A DNA stretch of 64,000 nt from Squalus acanthias (taxonomy: Eukaryota), in assembly GCA_030390025.1 (NCBI GenBank), contig CM059432.1, positions 61,568,001-61,632,000 of the forward strand. The letters are read 5' to 3'. The first letter of the stretch is position 1, and every line of letters starts with the position of its first letter. Under the pieces are notes generated by a model. That model saw only the letters and a list, made by a program, of their open reading frames with translations. It ran no database searches and was not told the origin of the DNA. Of this stretch, positions 11,558 to 23,782 are shown piece after piece. Position numbers and translations under genes: made by a program.

Positions 11558-13498
11558 GGCCTAGAAATTCCAGTACACCGAAAACCTGCCGGTGCCACCG
11601 TGGGCCACAGTTTACGGCCACCCGATTTCATAGTGGAGGCAGCGCCGGTAATATGGTGCTGCTTGCTAATTTAAATTAGTGCAGCAGTAAACTTACCATG
11701 CAACCCTCTTTTTCCGGTGGTACTCTCAGCAGGAGGCCCAATGTAGTGTGGCCGTAGCGTCCCTGAAGCAAGAACAGCATTGTCTTAAAGCAAGGCTGTC
11801 ATTTTAGAAAGCAGTGTTGGTCCCTTTGAGGGGAACTGCCTACTAAAATGATAAAAATAAAAAGGCAGCTTTTAACTCTTAGGGCTCAACTGACTTCAGA
11901 AAAAAAACATTAAAAATAATTCCCAAATGACAGTCTTCAGCTCTTAAAGCTGAATTGCTTTCCGCACCTAAACAAATGGCTCAACAAGCTGGGGAAGGGG
12001 CACCCAGGGTGTCGCATGCAGTACTCCAACTTTGTGCAGTGCGTCAACACTGCGAGAGAGGCCCTCTACCCACAGGGGCCAGGAGGAAGGATGTGGGAAC
12101 CAGATCACCGAGGCTCTCACTGCCAGCAGTGTCACCCCCCACGACCTGGCTCCAGTGCCCAAAGAAGCTTCACGTTCTCAGACCAGTGTTCAAGTTCAGT
12201 GAATGCATCTTCAAAAAACGTCTCCAACCAACTGCACCACTAGCCTTGCACACTGTTCATTGCACGAACCCCCGCCCTCCCCCACCATCAGTCACCTACC
12301 AACAATCTGTACCAAACACGAGGCACACCTCCCATTCCTAGTTTCACCTCACCCCCTTGGAGGAGACGATACCGGCGATTCTTGGCAGGGGCATGGCTGA
12401 GCCCTTGGCCAGCGGCGGGGCTGAAAAGATACAAGATGCTGGTATCCTCGTACATTATCCTCCTTCTCGCATGCACCTCTTGCTTTCCCACCCTCTCCTC
12501 ACCACAACTCTACCCACGAAATGCAGCCTGCCCAGCCAGTGGTTGACCAAGAAGAGTGAAGAAGAAGAAGAAACGCCATCACTCGATTTGACACTCCCTG
12601 CCACCAACTCCTTGAGGTCTTCCTGCAAGGCCATTTGCAGTGTCCCCCACTGAAAGTCAACAGCCTTCCACCAGCCATGCTGCAGCCACTGGGGAAGTAC
12701 TGTGTAACCTCAGTAGGATAGACAAAGGCACACACAAGACAGTCACTAAGAGAATGCACAAGGTTAGTTGATTTCTTGTTGTCATATTGGATGGATAGAT
12801 GTATAAAGTTGGATTGGAAAGTTTGCTTTGTGGTCACTTTTATTTCAGCATTGTGGCCAAGAGGACCCTGTGATGGTCAGTAACAGAGGTAAAGTGTGGG
12901 ACAAACGATGAAAGGGGAAGTGGGGTTGTGGTCACTGGTACCGCGGGCGGATGATTCCATCCCGGATATCCTGGCCAGAAAGGGGCTGTCTGGGTTGCAT
13001 CCTTCCTTCTGCTTCCTCCTCTCTGCGTCTTCCTCTTCCCTCTGCAAGCGGATGCTGTAAATCTGAAAAAAGCAGAAAATGCTGGAAATACTAAGCAGGT
13101 CAGGCAGCATCTCGACCTGAGATGTGAACTCTGTTTCTCTCTCCACGAATGCTGCCTGGCCTGCTGAGTATTTCCAGCATTTTCTGTCTTCTCAGAGGCC
13201 CTCCTTTACCATCTGTGGCCTTGCAAGCGCCCAGCAGCACTCGCTGCACTTCCAGCACACTTTAAAAACTTTTAACATCTATTGCACCAAGCCACATTAA
13301 AGTCAGTGAAAAGGTCGAAATTTGCAGACTCTGCTGATTTACATTTCTAGGGACAGCGCTGCTAACAGCTGCGCTATGGCCCTCACCAAAATGGCAGCCG
13401 CCAAGCCCCGCGCCAGAGGTGGGCAGAAGTGAGGAGGCTGCCATTTTTTCCAGAAACAGGCCTTAATGGAGAGCGGTAAGTCTGCAAATTTCTAGGCC
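11558..13498 (-). mobile_element. Non-autonomous Harbinger derivative B1, nested in A in the opposite orientation
   Basis: TIRs ggcctagaaatt / aatttctaggcc with perfect TSD CAA (11555-57 and 13499-501). Its right end matches A's left end. It contains deleted Myb-gene pieces (TWLQCPKKLH) and a transposase 3' tail. Confidence 0.9.
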
Positions 13499-13669
13499 CA
13501 AGATTCCAAACAAAAATTAATAAATTTATCACTGATCAATTCACAAATACAATATCAACTAATCACCAATACAAAAAGAAAATACTGCAGATGCTGGAAA
13601 TCTGAAACAAAAATAGAAAATGCTGGAGACACTCAGCAGGTCAGGCAGCACCTGTGAAGAGAGAAACAG

Positions 13670-13706
13670 AGTTAACGTTTCAGGTCGATGACCTTTCATC
13701 AGAACT
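13670..13706 (-). ncRNA. Minimal type I hammerhead ribozyme motif (Penelope-associated)
   Basis: Reads AGUU-CUGAUGA-A-AGGUC-AUC-GACCU-GAAA-CG-UU-AACU. Both core boxes are present, with a 5-bp stem II, a 4-bp stem I and palindromic AACGUU in place of stem III. Confidence 0.75.
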
Positions 13707-14006
13707 GGAAAAAAGCAGGAAATGGAACAGATTTTTAAGCAAGTGTAGGGGCTGGGAAATGGGGGAGGGGATGAAAGAACAAAAGGGAAGGTCTGTGATA
13801 GGATAGAAGGCAGGAGAGGTTAAGAGACGTTAAGAGATATTCAAGGCAAAAGGAGATCATAATGGGACAGGTTAAGAAACAAAGGATGGCTCTAGATGAA
13901 GTGTAAATTGCGCTGGCAGAATGAAAGACAGCTGCCACGTGGGAGAGAAGAACAGAAGCACAATCAAAAAGTGTGGATAAAAAATATATATATGATAGGG
14001 GCCAGG

Positions 14007-14255
14007 TTATGATCTGAAATTGTTGAACTCTACGTTGAGTCCAGAAGGCTGCAGAGTGCCTAATCGAAAGATGAGGTGCTGTTCCTCGAGCTTACGCTGA
14101 GCTTCCGTGGAACAATGCAAGAGGCCGAGGACGGTGAGGTCTGAGTGGGAGTGGAGTGGTGAATTAAAGTGACAGGCGACCGGAAGCTCGGGGTCACCCT
14201 TACGGACTGAACGGAGGTGTTCCGCAAAGCGGTCACAGAATCTGCATTTGGTCTC
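14007..14255 (-). pseudogene. Penelope GIY-YIG endonuclease C-terminal fragment (absent from the ORF track)
   Basis: Manual translation: ETKCRFCDRFAEHLRSVRKGDPELPVACHFNSPLHSHSDLTVLGLLHCSTEAQRKLEEQHLIFRLGTLQPSGLNVEFNNFRS*. Confidence 0.85.
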
Positions 14256-14329
14256 CTCACAATGTGATCACCCTTGTGCAATCCCTTAGTGCCTGTTGGT
14301 CGGGTGCCCTTTTCTGCTCTAGTGCTCCT

Positions 14330-16104
14330 ATGCAGTGCTCCCCCAGTGGCTGCAGCATGGCAGGTGGAAGGCTGCTGAGTTTTCATGGGGGAGACTGCAG
14401 TTGGCCTTGAAGGACGACCACGAGTAGCTCTGGACCTAGAAGACCCAGCTGTAAACTGCACCACCTCTGCATGGGCGGCAGCAGTCTGGGCTGACGGGCA
14501 GCGGCAAGGGCAATGGCAGAGTGGCAGTGGTGGGAATAGGAATGCTGTCATCCTGAGAGAGGACAGCAGGTTTGTGCTCCACAGACCGACTGCCACTCCC
14601 CCCAGGGTGGCGCCTCAGCATTCTTAGCAATCTGTTGGAGGCCAGATTGCTGAGCTGCTGCAACACCCTGCGAGCCCCATTCGACACTGGTAAACCCAGC
14701 CACGATGGCAGCACTATGAGCTTGGGTGGCAACAAGCTGAGTCTGCAGGAGAGTGGTCTGCGCTTTTGCTGCAGCACTAAGACGTTGGGCCGCTTCCGCC
14801 TGTGCTGCAATGCCCATTGCCCATCACACGCAACATCATGGCTGGGTCGACGCGATCTCTTCTGGAGTTGTCCATCATTTCCAGCCTGGAAATTATGGGC
14901 TGCAATCTCTGCATCAAGCCCCGGCCAACGTTGGAGCTGGACTCCTCCACGCTCCTTGACATTGCCAAGTGGCTCTCTGGCAGGCCTGTCATTGCACCAA
15001 GCATTTCCGTGTGCATGTCCATCACCCTTCTTCTGAAAGCTGCCCCATCGAGATCCTCATCTGAATCCTGAACTCACCCTCCGGGGAGCTGGCCCCCAAG
15101 CTACCCTTTCCCCCTGGCCTTGCTGCAGCCCACTCGTGCCCGGTGCCTCACCTTGTGCAGATCCTGCATCTGCACCACCCTCTAAATTCCGCGCAGTGCC
15201 AGTTTCTGAGCTGGTGTCTGCGAGTGTCAGACGCACTGATGGTATGCCTTCTTCTTCTTTGCTCTCCTACATCGCCTCAGGGACAGGCTGGGCTGTTGGC
15301 AATTCTTGGTTATCTGGAAGCATAAAGGCAAAAGAGTCGGATTGTGGTGAGGGGAGTGGGAGGAATCAAGATATCTATGCATACAGCATCAGCAGCTTGT
15401 ACGTGAGAAGAGATTGTGGGATGAGGGGGAAGTGGGATGTGAGAAGAAGGAATAGTAATGAGCGTACTGTTGTTGCCCCCAAGGGCTTCAACTTTGCCCG
15501 TTGCTACGACCTCGGTGACTTCCCATCCAATGATGTCGAGCACCGACTCCTCCAGTTGGCTCAAGGCCTGTATCGCTGCTTGCCCCCACCTTCTGCCACT
15601 GCTCCTGGCAATTGTGAGCGACCTTAGCCTGCAAGGGAAAGGAAAGTGTGCGAGTGAGTGCGTTGCAATGTGTTTGGGTAATGTGCCTGCCATAGTTGAA
15701 TAGCTGTCAGTGGGTGCAAGGTATGAGATGTGGATGTGAGTGTTGCAGCAGTGGTAAGGTTGTGAGGGTGAAGTGAAGCTATGATTGTGAGGTATAAGTG
15801 GTGTCTGGTAGAGATTGTTGCTGGTGAGTGATGGGGGTGTGGTGCACTGAGCAGTGTGTGAGGTTTGTGGTGCAGATGGTGAGATATGGCATTTGCTGAA
15901 GCCTTCACTCACCTTGACCTGCCATGTGAGGTCATTATGGGCAGATGGCTTCCTACCGGTCTGCGGGAAGAGGACAGCCCACCTCCTCTCCACGGCCACC
16001 ACCAGTGTCTCCAGAGCTGCATCTGAGAAGCGTCTAGCTCTCTCCCTCTGCTGCCGCTCAGCCAGCTCTTGTGAATTCAAGTCTGCTTCCAAGTGGAGCT
16101 CCAA
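14330..16104 (-). pseudogene. Harbinger Myb/SANT-like DNA-binding gene of element A (3 exons, decayed)
   Basis: RERARRFSDAALETLVVAVERR...NDLTWQVK|gtgagt, with an internal deletion in the Myb domain. Exon 2 is ~15628-15470, and exon 3 is homologous to 59910-58900. Confidence 0.8.
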
Positions 16105-17879
16105 ATGGAATGACAGTGAGGTGTTGTTGCATCAAAGAACCTCCCCTTTAAGTAGTGGAGAAAGCCTAGGCGAAACATGACTTGCAATTAGACTGCACCC
16201 GATATTGGCCCACCTGTTGAGCAGTAAGCCAATGAGCAGCGTTTTTAGTGCTGAGCTCAGCATTATAATCATGTGCACTCAGCACAAATTTTGCTACCCA
16301 GACCACTTTGACCCGGCGCAGCTATATAGTGCTGGGCCATGACACCGCCCGTTTTCGGGCCATATCCAATTTCTCGGCCCATGATTTTTCACTCACTTCT
16401 CAGTCAAGAAGACCCTGTCAACCAAGAATGACTTGCATTTCTAAAAGGAATGCGTTTTGGCACTCTATACCATCCACTCTTTGATTGATAGTCTTTTTAA
16501 TGAAAGTAACCAAATAGATCTGCTATTGTGGGAGTTTGGTAGCTTTATGGCATACTAAAAAAAATCTTACAAGAGAAACAAATTAGCAAATTGATGCCTA
16601 GATGGAAAATAATATCACTAGTATTTTGACTACTGATCAAAAATGTGACTAGTCTGAATCACAAAACTTTGAGAATGTACAAGTCACCATTTTGATGTGA
16701 TACACCACATCTACACACAGGGTGTGCCCAAACTAGAGGCCTCCCCAGGAAAGAACTAGCTTACATATATGCTGCACTTCAAACTGATTGTTTTGTTTTA
16801 AAATAAAATACAACTTAAATTCAAGTTAGTATAATAAAATTGATGTTCTGCAATACAGCACCTTTGCCATTGGGCGGAGCTGTCTAAAAATCAAGGAGGC
16901 CTCGTCCATTCTGTTTCTACAATTTGGTGCTGTAATGATAAATTATTTCAATGTAGAAGGTCATTACATGGGAAGTTTCTTACACTGCAGCCAAATATGG
17001 GAAGAATATTGGAGAGTAGCAATTGCTATTTGGCAGGAAAGAAAGAAGTATTTTCAGTTCAACAAAGGAAAAAAATGCAAAGAGTGAAAGTAACCAATTG
17101 AAAGCACAAAATTTACAGCGAGGAAGCCTTTGGTTCAGATAGTCACAAGACAAATCTGTGCTTGTGACAATGCAGCACTCCCTTCATACTACACTAATAT
17201 CAGCCTACATTATATATGTAGCTCTAATGCATCTCCCTGCATCCCGATAATTGAACAGCCTGTTGATACCCAGGATGCAGCTTCACACAAGATGAATCAA
17301 TTTGGGCAAGACAGCATCAGTAAGTCACCACCTTCTAGACACAAAGGGGAGATAACTGAAAAACAAAGAAAAAAGGTTATTATTTTGAAGCTGTTTGTGC
17401 TCTGGTATCTTTCACCCCGATAAGCATCCTAAAATTCCAAATATTTATGGATTATTTTACAAATGCTTGAACCTAATAATGCTGTGGTATTGTTACAGAA
17501 TAGTTGAACTCTTGTCTGTGCAGAGGCCCAGGTATTTCTGGTTAATAATTTGCACAATATAGTGGTCTATAATTTAATTTTGATCCCTGATCAAACATTA
17601 TGAGCTAGAATAGACTTGTTACTGTGTAACTAATTCTCTGTACAAAAAATAAATTTTATATTTAGTTTGATTGATATGTACATCTTGCAACATGGGTGGT
17701 GTCTTCAATTGTTACATGCAGTCTACAATATTTTTCCAAATTACAATAATACTTGTTGTTGCTACTAAACTACCACAGTTTGATTTCAGAACAAATAAGA
17801 GCCCTCTATATCTATGTATTCACCTTCCTACATATCCATGAAATAAAAAGCTACTGCTCCCCTTAAATAATATGTTAAG

Positions 17880-18592
17880 TAGGGGCATAGCCACGGGTGG
17901 GCCATGGCCCACTCAATTAGCACCCGGGCCCACCCAAATTTGATCCTGTGTGAATGCCAAACTGAAGCAAATTTATTAATGGGCTTTTTTTGAACCATAC
18001 ACCCTGAAAGCGGGAGCTCAGTTATCGGGCAAATAGGCTATGTAGCGGACTTTGGCCAATCATCGTTTGGGTGGCATCTTCCGCTCACACAACAATCTAT
18101 GTGCAAGCAGTGTGTGATTGACAGGTTGTGAGGCATGTTGCCTGAATGTGTTGGAAATCCCAACCGTCTCGATATTCCAACCATATTTTAAATGTACATA
18201 ATGTAAGTAAACTTACAGTCTAACTGGAGTGCTACCGTCAACATGGCAAAACAAAGAAGTCTTTTCAATTTCTTAAAAAGACACTAACTAGGCAAATGTA
18301 AATAATTTACTGGCTTAAACTTATTCATTGGTTAAAATTTAAATTTACTGTGTTGTTGTTTGTTGACACTTCTTGCTTGGCTTCTTTAAGTATATTTACT
18401 GCAAATTTATGTAGAATCTATTTTTTGTCTATTTAAAAAATGTTAAATGGATGTACATGGATAATATTTATTATATTCGGGTTTTATTTGTTTTAAAACA
18501 TTTGCATTGTAATGATTTGCTGGGATGTCAGACCTTTGGTCATTGTACCATAAGTTAGGCCACCCAAATTTCCATTCCTAGCTACACCACTG
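17880..18592 (+). mobile_element. hAT-like non-autonomous DNA transposon
   Basis: Ends taggggcatagc / gctacaccactg with subterminal gcccaccc-type motifs. The 8-bp flanks atgttaag / gtaataag match at 5 of 8 positions. Confidence 0.55.
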
Positions 18593-18949
18593 GTAATAAG
18601 TCGTATGAAATCTTTTATTTCTTGAAAACTTTACGTTTACTATACAAATTGTACACTGTTGACTTTATTGAGTAGAAAGTTTGTTTGTTAAAAGTGTTAC
18701 TAGATCTGTTGCTAAACCGTACTCTCGGGAATTTAACTTCAAAGTTCTGATTTCCTTTCAATTACGTAGCAGGGACTGATTTTTTATCCCTTCAAATATT
18801 TTCTTTCCCCAAGGAACATGAACAAATGACTAGAAACTAACTGACTAGCTTCAGGTGGAGAGGAAGATGAAGCACAAATAATGAAAATGGGGAACCCAGA
18901 ACAGATCCCTCCTTCTTTATGAACCTTATAATCTAGGTTGACAGTTGAG

Positions 18950-19245
18950 TCCATGTCTGAGGGAGTGTTGGATTGTTGGAGGAGCCATTTTTTTCGGACG
19001 AGACATTAAACATGTTCATACAAGAATCCCAGGCACTATTTGAAGAAGAGTAGGAAGTTCTCCCAGTGTCCTGGCCAATATTCATCTCTCAACCACCACC
19101 CAAACTGATTAACTGGTTATTCGTCTCATTGCAGTTTATGGTACCTTGCTGTGTCCAAATTGTTAAACTACATAACGACAGGGACTTCACTTCAAGGACC
19201 TTGGGTGTTCTTGAGGAAGTAAAGAGTGCTATAAATGCAAACTTT
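18950..19245 (+). mobile_element. DeuSINE-like SINE (Deu domain plus L2-type tail)
   Basis: atcccaggcactatttgaagaagagtaggaagttctcccagtgtcctggccaatatt...cttgctgtgtccaaattg resembles the Deu domain as I recall it. The tail is gtgctataaatgcaa. Confidence 0.65.
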
Positions 19246-19289
19246 TGGATTTCACTTATCAACCAACTTAGTTTTGTCCTGATAGAATT

Positions 19290-19682
19290 TTAAAATTCTC
19301 ATCCTTGTTTTCAAATTCCTCCATGGCCTTGCCCCTCCCTATCTCTGTAATCTCCTCCAGTCCCAACAACCCCCCCGAGATATCTGCACTCCTCTAATTC
19401 TGGCTTCTTGAGCATTCCTGATTTTAATCGCTCCACCATTGGTGGCCATGCCTTCAGCTGCCTAGGTCCTAAGCTCTGGAATTCCCTTCCTAAACCCCTC
19501 CACCTCTCTCCTCCTTTAAGATGCTCCTTAAAACCTACCTCTTTGACGAAGCTTTTGGTCACCTGCCCTAATATCTCCTTATGTGGCTCAGCGTCAAATT
19601 TTGTTTTATGATGCTCCTGTGAAGCACCTTGGGACATTTTACTACGTTAAAGGCGCTACATAAATATAAGTTGTTGTTGTTG
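19290..19682 (+). mobile_element. L2-type LINE 3' end
   Basis: Encodes GGHAFSCLGPKLWNSLP, ends in (GTT)n, and is homologous to 41120-41525 and 42398-42780. Confidence 0.8.
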
Positions 19683-20279
19683 TATAGAATTTCAATAGAT
19701 TTATGAGAAAGCTCCCTGCCTGTACTGATTTCATGCTGATTATTTCTTGTGGCCTTTGAACTCTTTAGAAGATCATTGAGTACAGCCTGTAAAATTCTCT
19801 TGAGCATTTTCCCCATTACTTTAAGCTAATTGGTCTATCAGGGCCAATTTAGCAATCCAGACAAAGTGATGGCTTGAATGCCTGGCTGCTGGCACAGAAC
19901 TAGTCAACAGCTCAATGAGCTGCCAGCGTGCAATTTTGTGGGGTCAGCTCATTTCCATAATTATTCATAGATGCCTGTGCACCTTAGTCTTGTGCATGGA
20001 GCTAGCCAAATGAGGGAAGTCTAAAATCATACCTTAGCTGAAATGTAAAGGGATTCTTCAATGTTCAGCTCCATTCAGAAATCCTCCAATAATGAAGTAC
20101 CCATGCCAACCTACAGTAGGCTCTGTGCAACATCCAGACTTGGGCTGACAAGTGGCAGGTAACATGCACACCACATAAGTACCAGGTAATGATCATTTCC
20201 AACAAGTTCCGTCAAACCTCTGCTCTCTGGATTCTAACAAGACCTCTGGTCCTGATGGCAGCCCTGTTGTCCCAAGGCA

Positions 20280-21300
20280 CTTTACAGAACAATAGTAAGA
20301 GAAGTGAAATATTGAGCTAGGAGAGAGTTTAGAATGGATGACCAAAGGCTTGGGTGAGAAGATGGGTTTTGAGAGGATTTTAAAGGAGTAGAGAGGCAGA
20401 GAGGTTTTGGGAGAGGGTTCAGAGAGTAAAACCTAGGTGGCTGAAAGTTCTGCCGCCGATAGTGGGTGAAGGGAGGGGACACACACAGCAAGCCAGAGTC
20501 AGAACATCAACATGACGAGTAGTCAGGGCTACAGCAGTTGGGAGACTGAGGTCAGAGGAGAAGAGGAACGGGAGAAAGCAGCTGCACAGGTGGTCTTAAT
20601 CATAGAGATGAAGTTGTCCGTGTGCTCCTCACATTTGATATTGGAGGAGAAGGAGGAAGGGGTGGGACAAAGGAGTTTGAAGAGGCAGTTAATTGTGGAG
20701 AAGAGGAGTCTAGTGTTGTCCTTGTCCTCAAGTATGATTTAGAAAAAGTAAGCTGAGGAGAGGGAGGCACTGTAAAGCTTTATATGGTCAAGCTAAACAT
20801 GGTGATTGATGACAAGGTCGGAAGCGCTTGAGTTTATGCCCCTTTAATACAAGAGAGCCAAATAGGGGTTGTGCTGGGGGAGCAACAGGGGTGGGAGACA
20901 GCAATTAATTTGCTGGAAACAAGGGCACCGAAGAAACACTATTAGGTTGACATGAACAGAGATGTTGTGACAAGTAGAGAGGAAGTTGTAAGAGAATTTT
21001 TAAGTGAGGTAGGGCTGAGCTTTTCCATGGGTGAATGGTGAGGGTAGGGGAATGTGCGTGGTAAGGGAGATGAAGTGCTCAAAAGTTGGCATACCAGTGA
21101 TTGAGATTGAATGCAGAGAGGCCACAACATCTAGTGAAGTTGAGGGGTGGTCATGAGTATGGATGCTGGAGATTGTATGAAGGATAAGATTGATGAAGTT
21201 AAGAGGACAGAGAAGTTGGAGAAGAGGAGAACCTAGGTATATGTCAGGGAGCCCTTGAACCATGATACAATGTGAAAGAGAACTTGTGCTCCAAGTAATA
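20280..21300 (-). mobile_element. Degenerate L2-type LINE fragments
   Basis: 20280-20500 is an antisense L2-type tail. The rest is purine-rich sequence resembling antisense L2 ORF2. Confidence 0.5.
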
Positions 21301-23339
21301 ATAATGTGATCACTGTGTTTGTGTCCCAAAGAGAAAAGGGACAGTGGCATTCAGTGTCACTGCCATCTCCTTCCACATAGCTTGCAAAACTCAATTTTTG
21401 GGATTACTTCCCACATGGGTACCCAGCAGTCTTTCTCTCCTTTGCTGCATTTCATCTGTAAGATTCTGAATGTCAGACTCACTGAAATGTTGTGCTCTTT
21501 TTTCTGCTTCCTTGCAGTGGACTCTTCCCTTTTTTGGGTCACTCTGTTTACACCTTTAGTCTCTGCTACAGTAATTTGTATTTACTTTCTGCTCTCCTCA
21601 GTAGCTCAAACATTTTAAAGGCTGATAAACCTCACTCGCCCCCCCCTCCCCCCCCACCCCCCTACCTCACAGCACAGTTCTCCTGTGCTAAAAGGAAGTT
21701 CAGCTCCTGGCATGCCAATGGCTTTGCAAAGAGCTGACCCTGTGTTTAATGGTAGCCTCTGCCCTGCAACACACAAGTAGGTGGAAGTCCTGCCTCATGA
21801 GTGCAACTACAAAGTAAAGGACCCTGTGGATTATTTTACCATTAGCTCAAGTTCCCCAGGATTCTTTCATTGTTTATTCTCCTCCATTTATCATTCAATC
21901 TGTCCACTATTTTCCCTATGTCCATCAACTTCTTTCAAATTACACAAACTCAGTGCTCACAACCTCTTATCTTCCTGCAGCTGAATCACTCTCCTCCATG
22001 CCCTTCTCTGCGGCAAGTGAACCCCTGCCTCCGCCATCCCTCCCCTTTATGATAATGGATTTGTATGTAACAAGCAGACTAGATATGCTTTTTCTGCAAT
22101 ATGTCAATTGAACAGTTTCTGATTCCAAAGTCTAAAGCCTCGAATAATATCCCCCATTTCCTCAAAACCACTCATGGAAGTAGTCAAAGCCATTCCAATG
22201 GGAGGTAAGTGTGGAACGTAGGAGAGATTTCTCAGTGTGGGGAAAGAGAAGAAAAACAAACTCCTTTCTGCCCTACCCCACCCCACCCCACCCCTTTCGA
22301 GGTGATTAAGTTGTCACTGGGAAATGTGCACTGCAGAAGGAACAAATATAAATGTCAATTGATACTGGGATTTGAACTTTGATCTGTTGCACTAGTGAGA
22401 ATCTTTGGATCTGGTACTGTAGTTACTGGTCCACGATGCACAATTTCATTTAAAAAAACTTGTATGACTATTCCAAGGTTATCTACAGTTTATTTGTAAC
22501 TAATGCAGATTATTGAGCCATAATTCCCCCTGTAAGTTGTCCACTTTCCTATTAGTCCTTGTCTGCAGTCTTCAAATTTAGACATCTCTGGGTAGCCAGG
22601 AAGAAATCCGAAACCGAAGTATGTGTGTAAATAGTTTGAATGCAGCCCTTAGGCAGTGGCCAATACAGAATGAGACTGCAAATGACATGATGTAAATTTC
22701 TTATTTATGCACCTGTTCCTTCCTGAATGGGTATGGAAATGTACCTTAATATTTTTACTGATGATTTTTTAAAAAGGATAACCTCAACTGAAGTCCATGC
22801 TATTTAATCTTATTTGAGATTTATGTGGCTATTAGGCTTATGAGCAGTGGTGGAAATGACAGTGTGCCTTCTGTGCCTTCATACAGGATCAATGTATTCT
22901 GCACTCTAGTGAATTTTTATACTTCATAAATCCGAGCCTGTTTTATTATTTTTTGGAGCTGGCTCTGACAATTCCTGAGAAATCTAAGATAGCTGGAGAA
23001 AGGGTTGAAACACTGAATTATCTTGCATTTAGTTTTGTATGAAAAATCCTGTATATCAATTTAAAATGACAAGTGTCAGGGAATAAATTTCAAGAGCAGG
23101 GTGTAATAGAGCTATCACAGAAAATGGGATGGTGCAAATACAGTAGATGTGGCAATGTGGAAAATATCTTACAATAGATTATAATGCATGGTAATACTTT
23201 AGCTGCATGAACGGCAGAGCAGCAGAGTATTTTTATTATCTGAAGAGTGCTTGAAGAGATGGCCATGAATATGTTTTCATCAGAAAAGTTTACTTCTGGT
23301 TCACTTTTAGCCAATCAGAAGGGAAAAAAGCATCAGTAG

Positions 23340-23782
23340 CTGAAAACAGACTCTGAACTAGTTGTGTTCAAGAAAACCATGCGGCCTAACCAACCGTCCT
23401 TAAAGAGACCCTTGGAGGCTGCTGCCATAAAGGTAAGTTTTAAACAAAATAATTACCTGAATGTGGAGCCAAGAGGAGCAGGAGTGTTCCTTCCGGCTCC
23501 ACAGCAGTGCCGAAGACTGTTGCCGGCTCCGGCTCGGCCCCCTCCTGATCGCCTCCGCTCATCCCAGGACCTACCTGAGGGCCGGGCACGAAATATAAAT
23601 CCGATTCACTGGCGAGCTGCCTGGGGATGTCCAGCAGGTGTCCGCAGCTCGCCTGTCTCTGAGCTGTAACTGAGGCCCGAGGCCCAATATTGGGTGTGCC
23701 TTGGACCTACCCGTTCTGGCGCAGGGATAGTTCCCTGTGCCCAGTTAATGCCAGCAGGCCGGCACAAACCAATTTCTAGGCC
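23340..23782. mobile_element. Harbinger-type MITE, right part
   Basis: Ends in aatttctaggcc and is homologous to 8450-8890. Confidence 0.7.

Larger units (their letters stand above)
13568..14266 (-). mobile_element. 5'-truncated Penelope-like retroelement inserted in A
   Basis: GIY-YIG C-terminus followed by a 3' region with a hammerhead core. Flanked by ATCACC repeats (13562-67 and 14267-72). The empty site matches element D at ~58810-58830. Confidence 0.85.
9878..16379 (+). mobile_element. Harbinger element A: decayed two-gene transposon containing two nested insertions
   Basis: TIRs ggcctagaaatt (9878) and aatttctcggcc (16379), flanked by CAA and CAT. Transposase is on plus and the Myb gene on minus; colinear with element D. 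Confidence 0.9.

Noticed and set aside
22569..22618. Candidate host micro-exon (ag|...FKFRHLWVARKKSETE|gtatgt)
   Set aside because: No recognisable protein and no partner exons; splice-like signals occur by chance.
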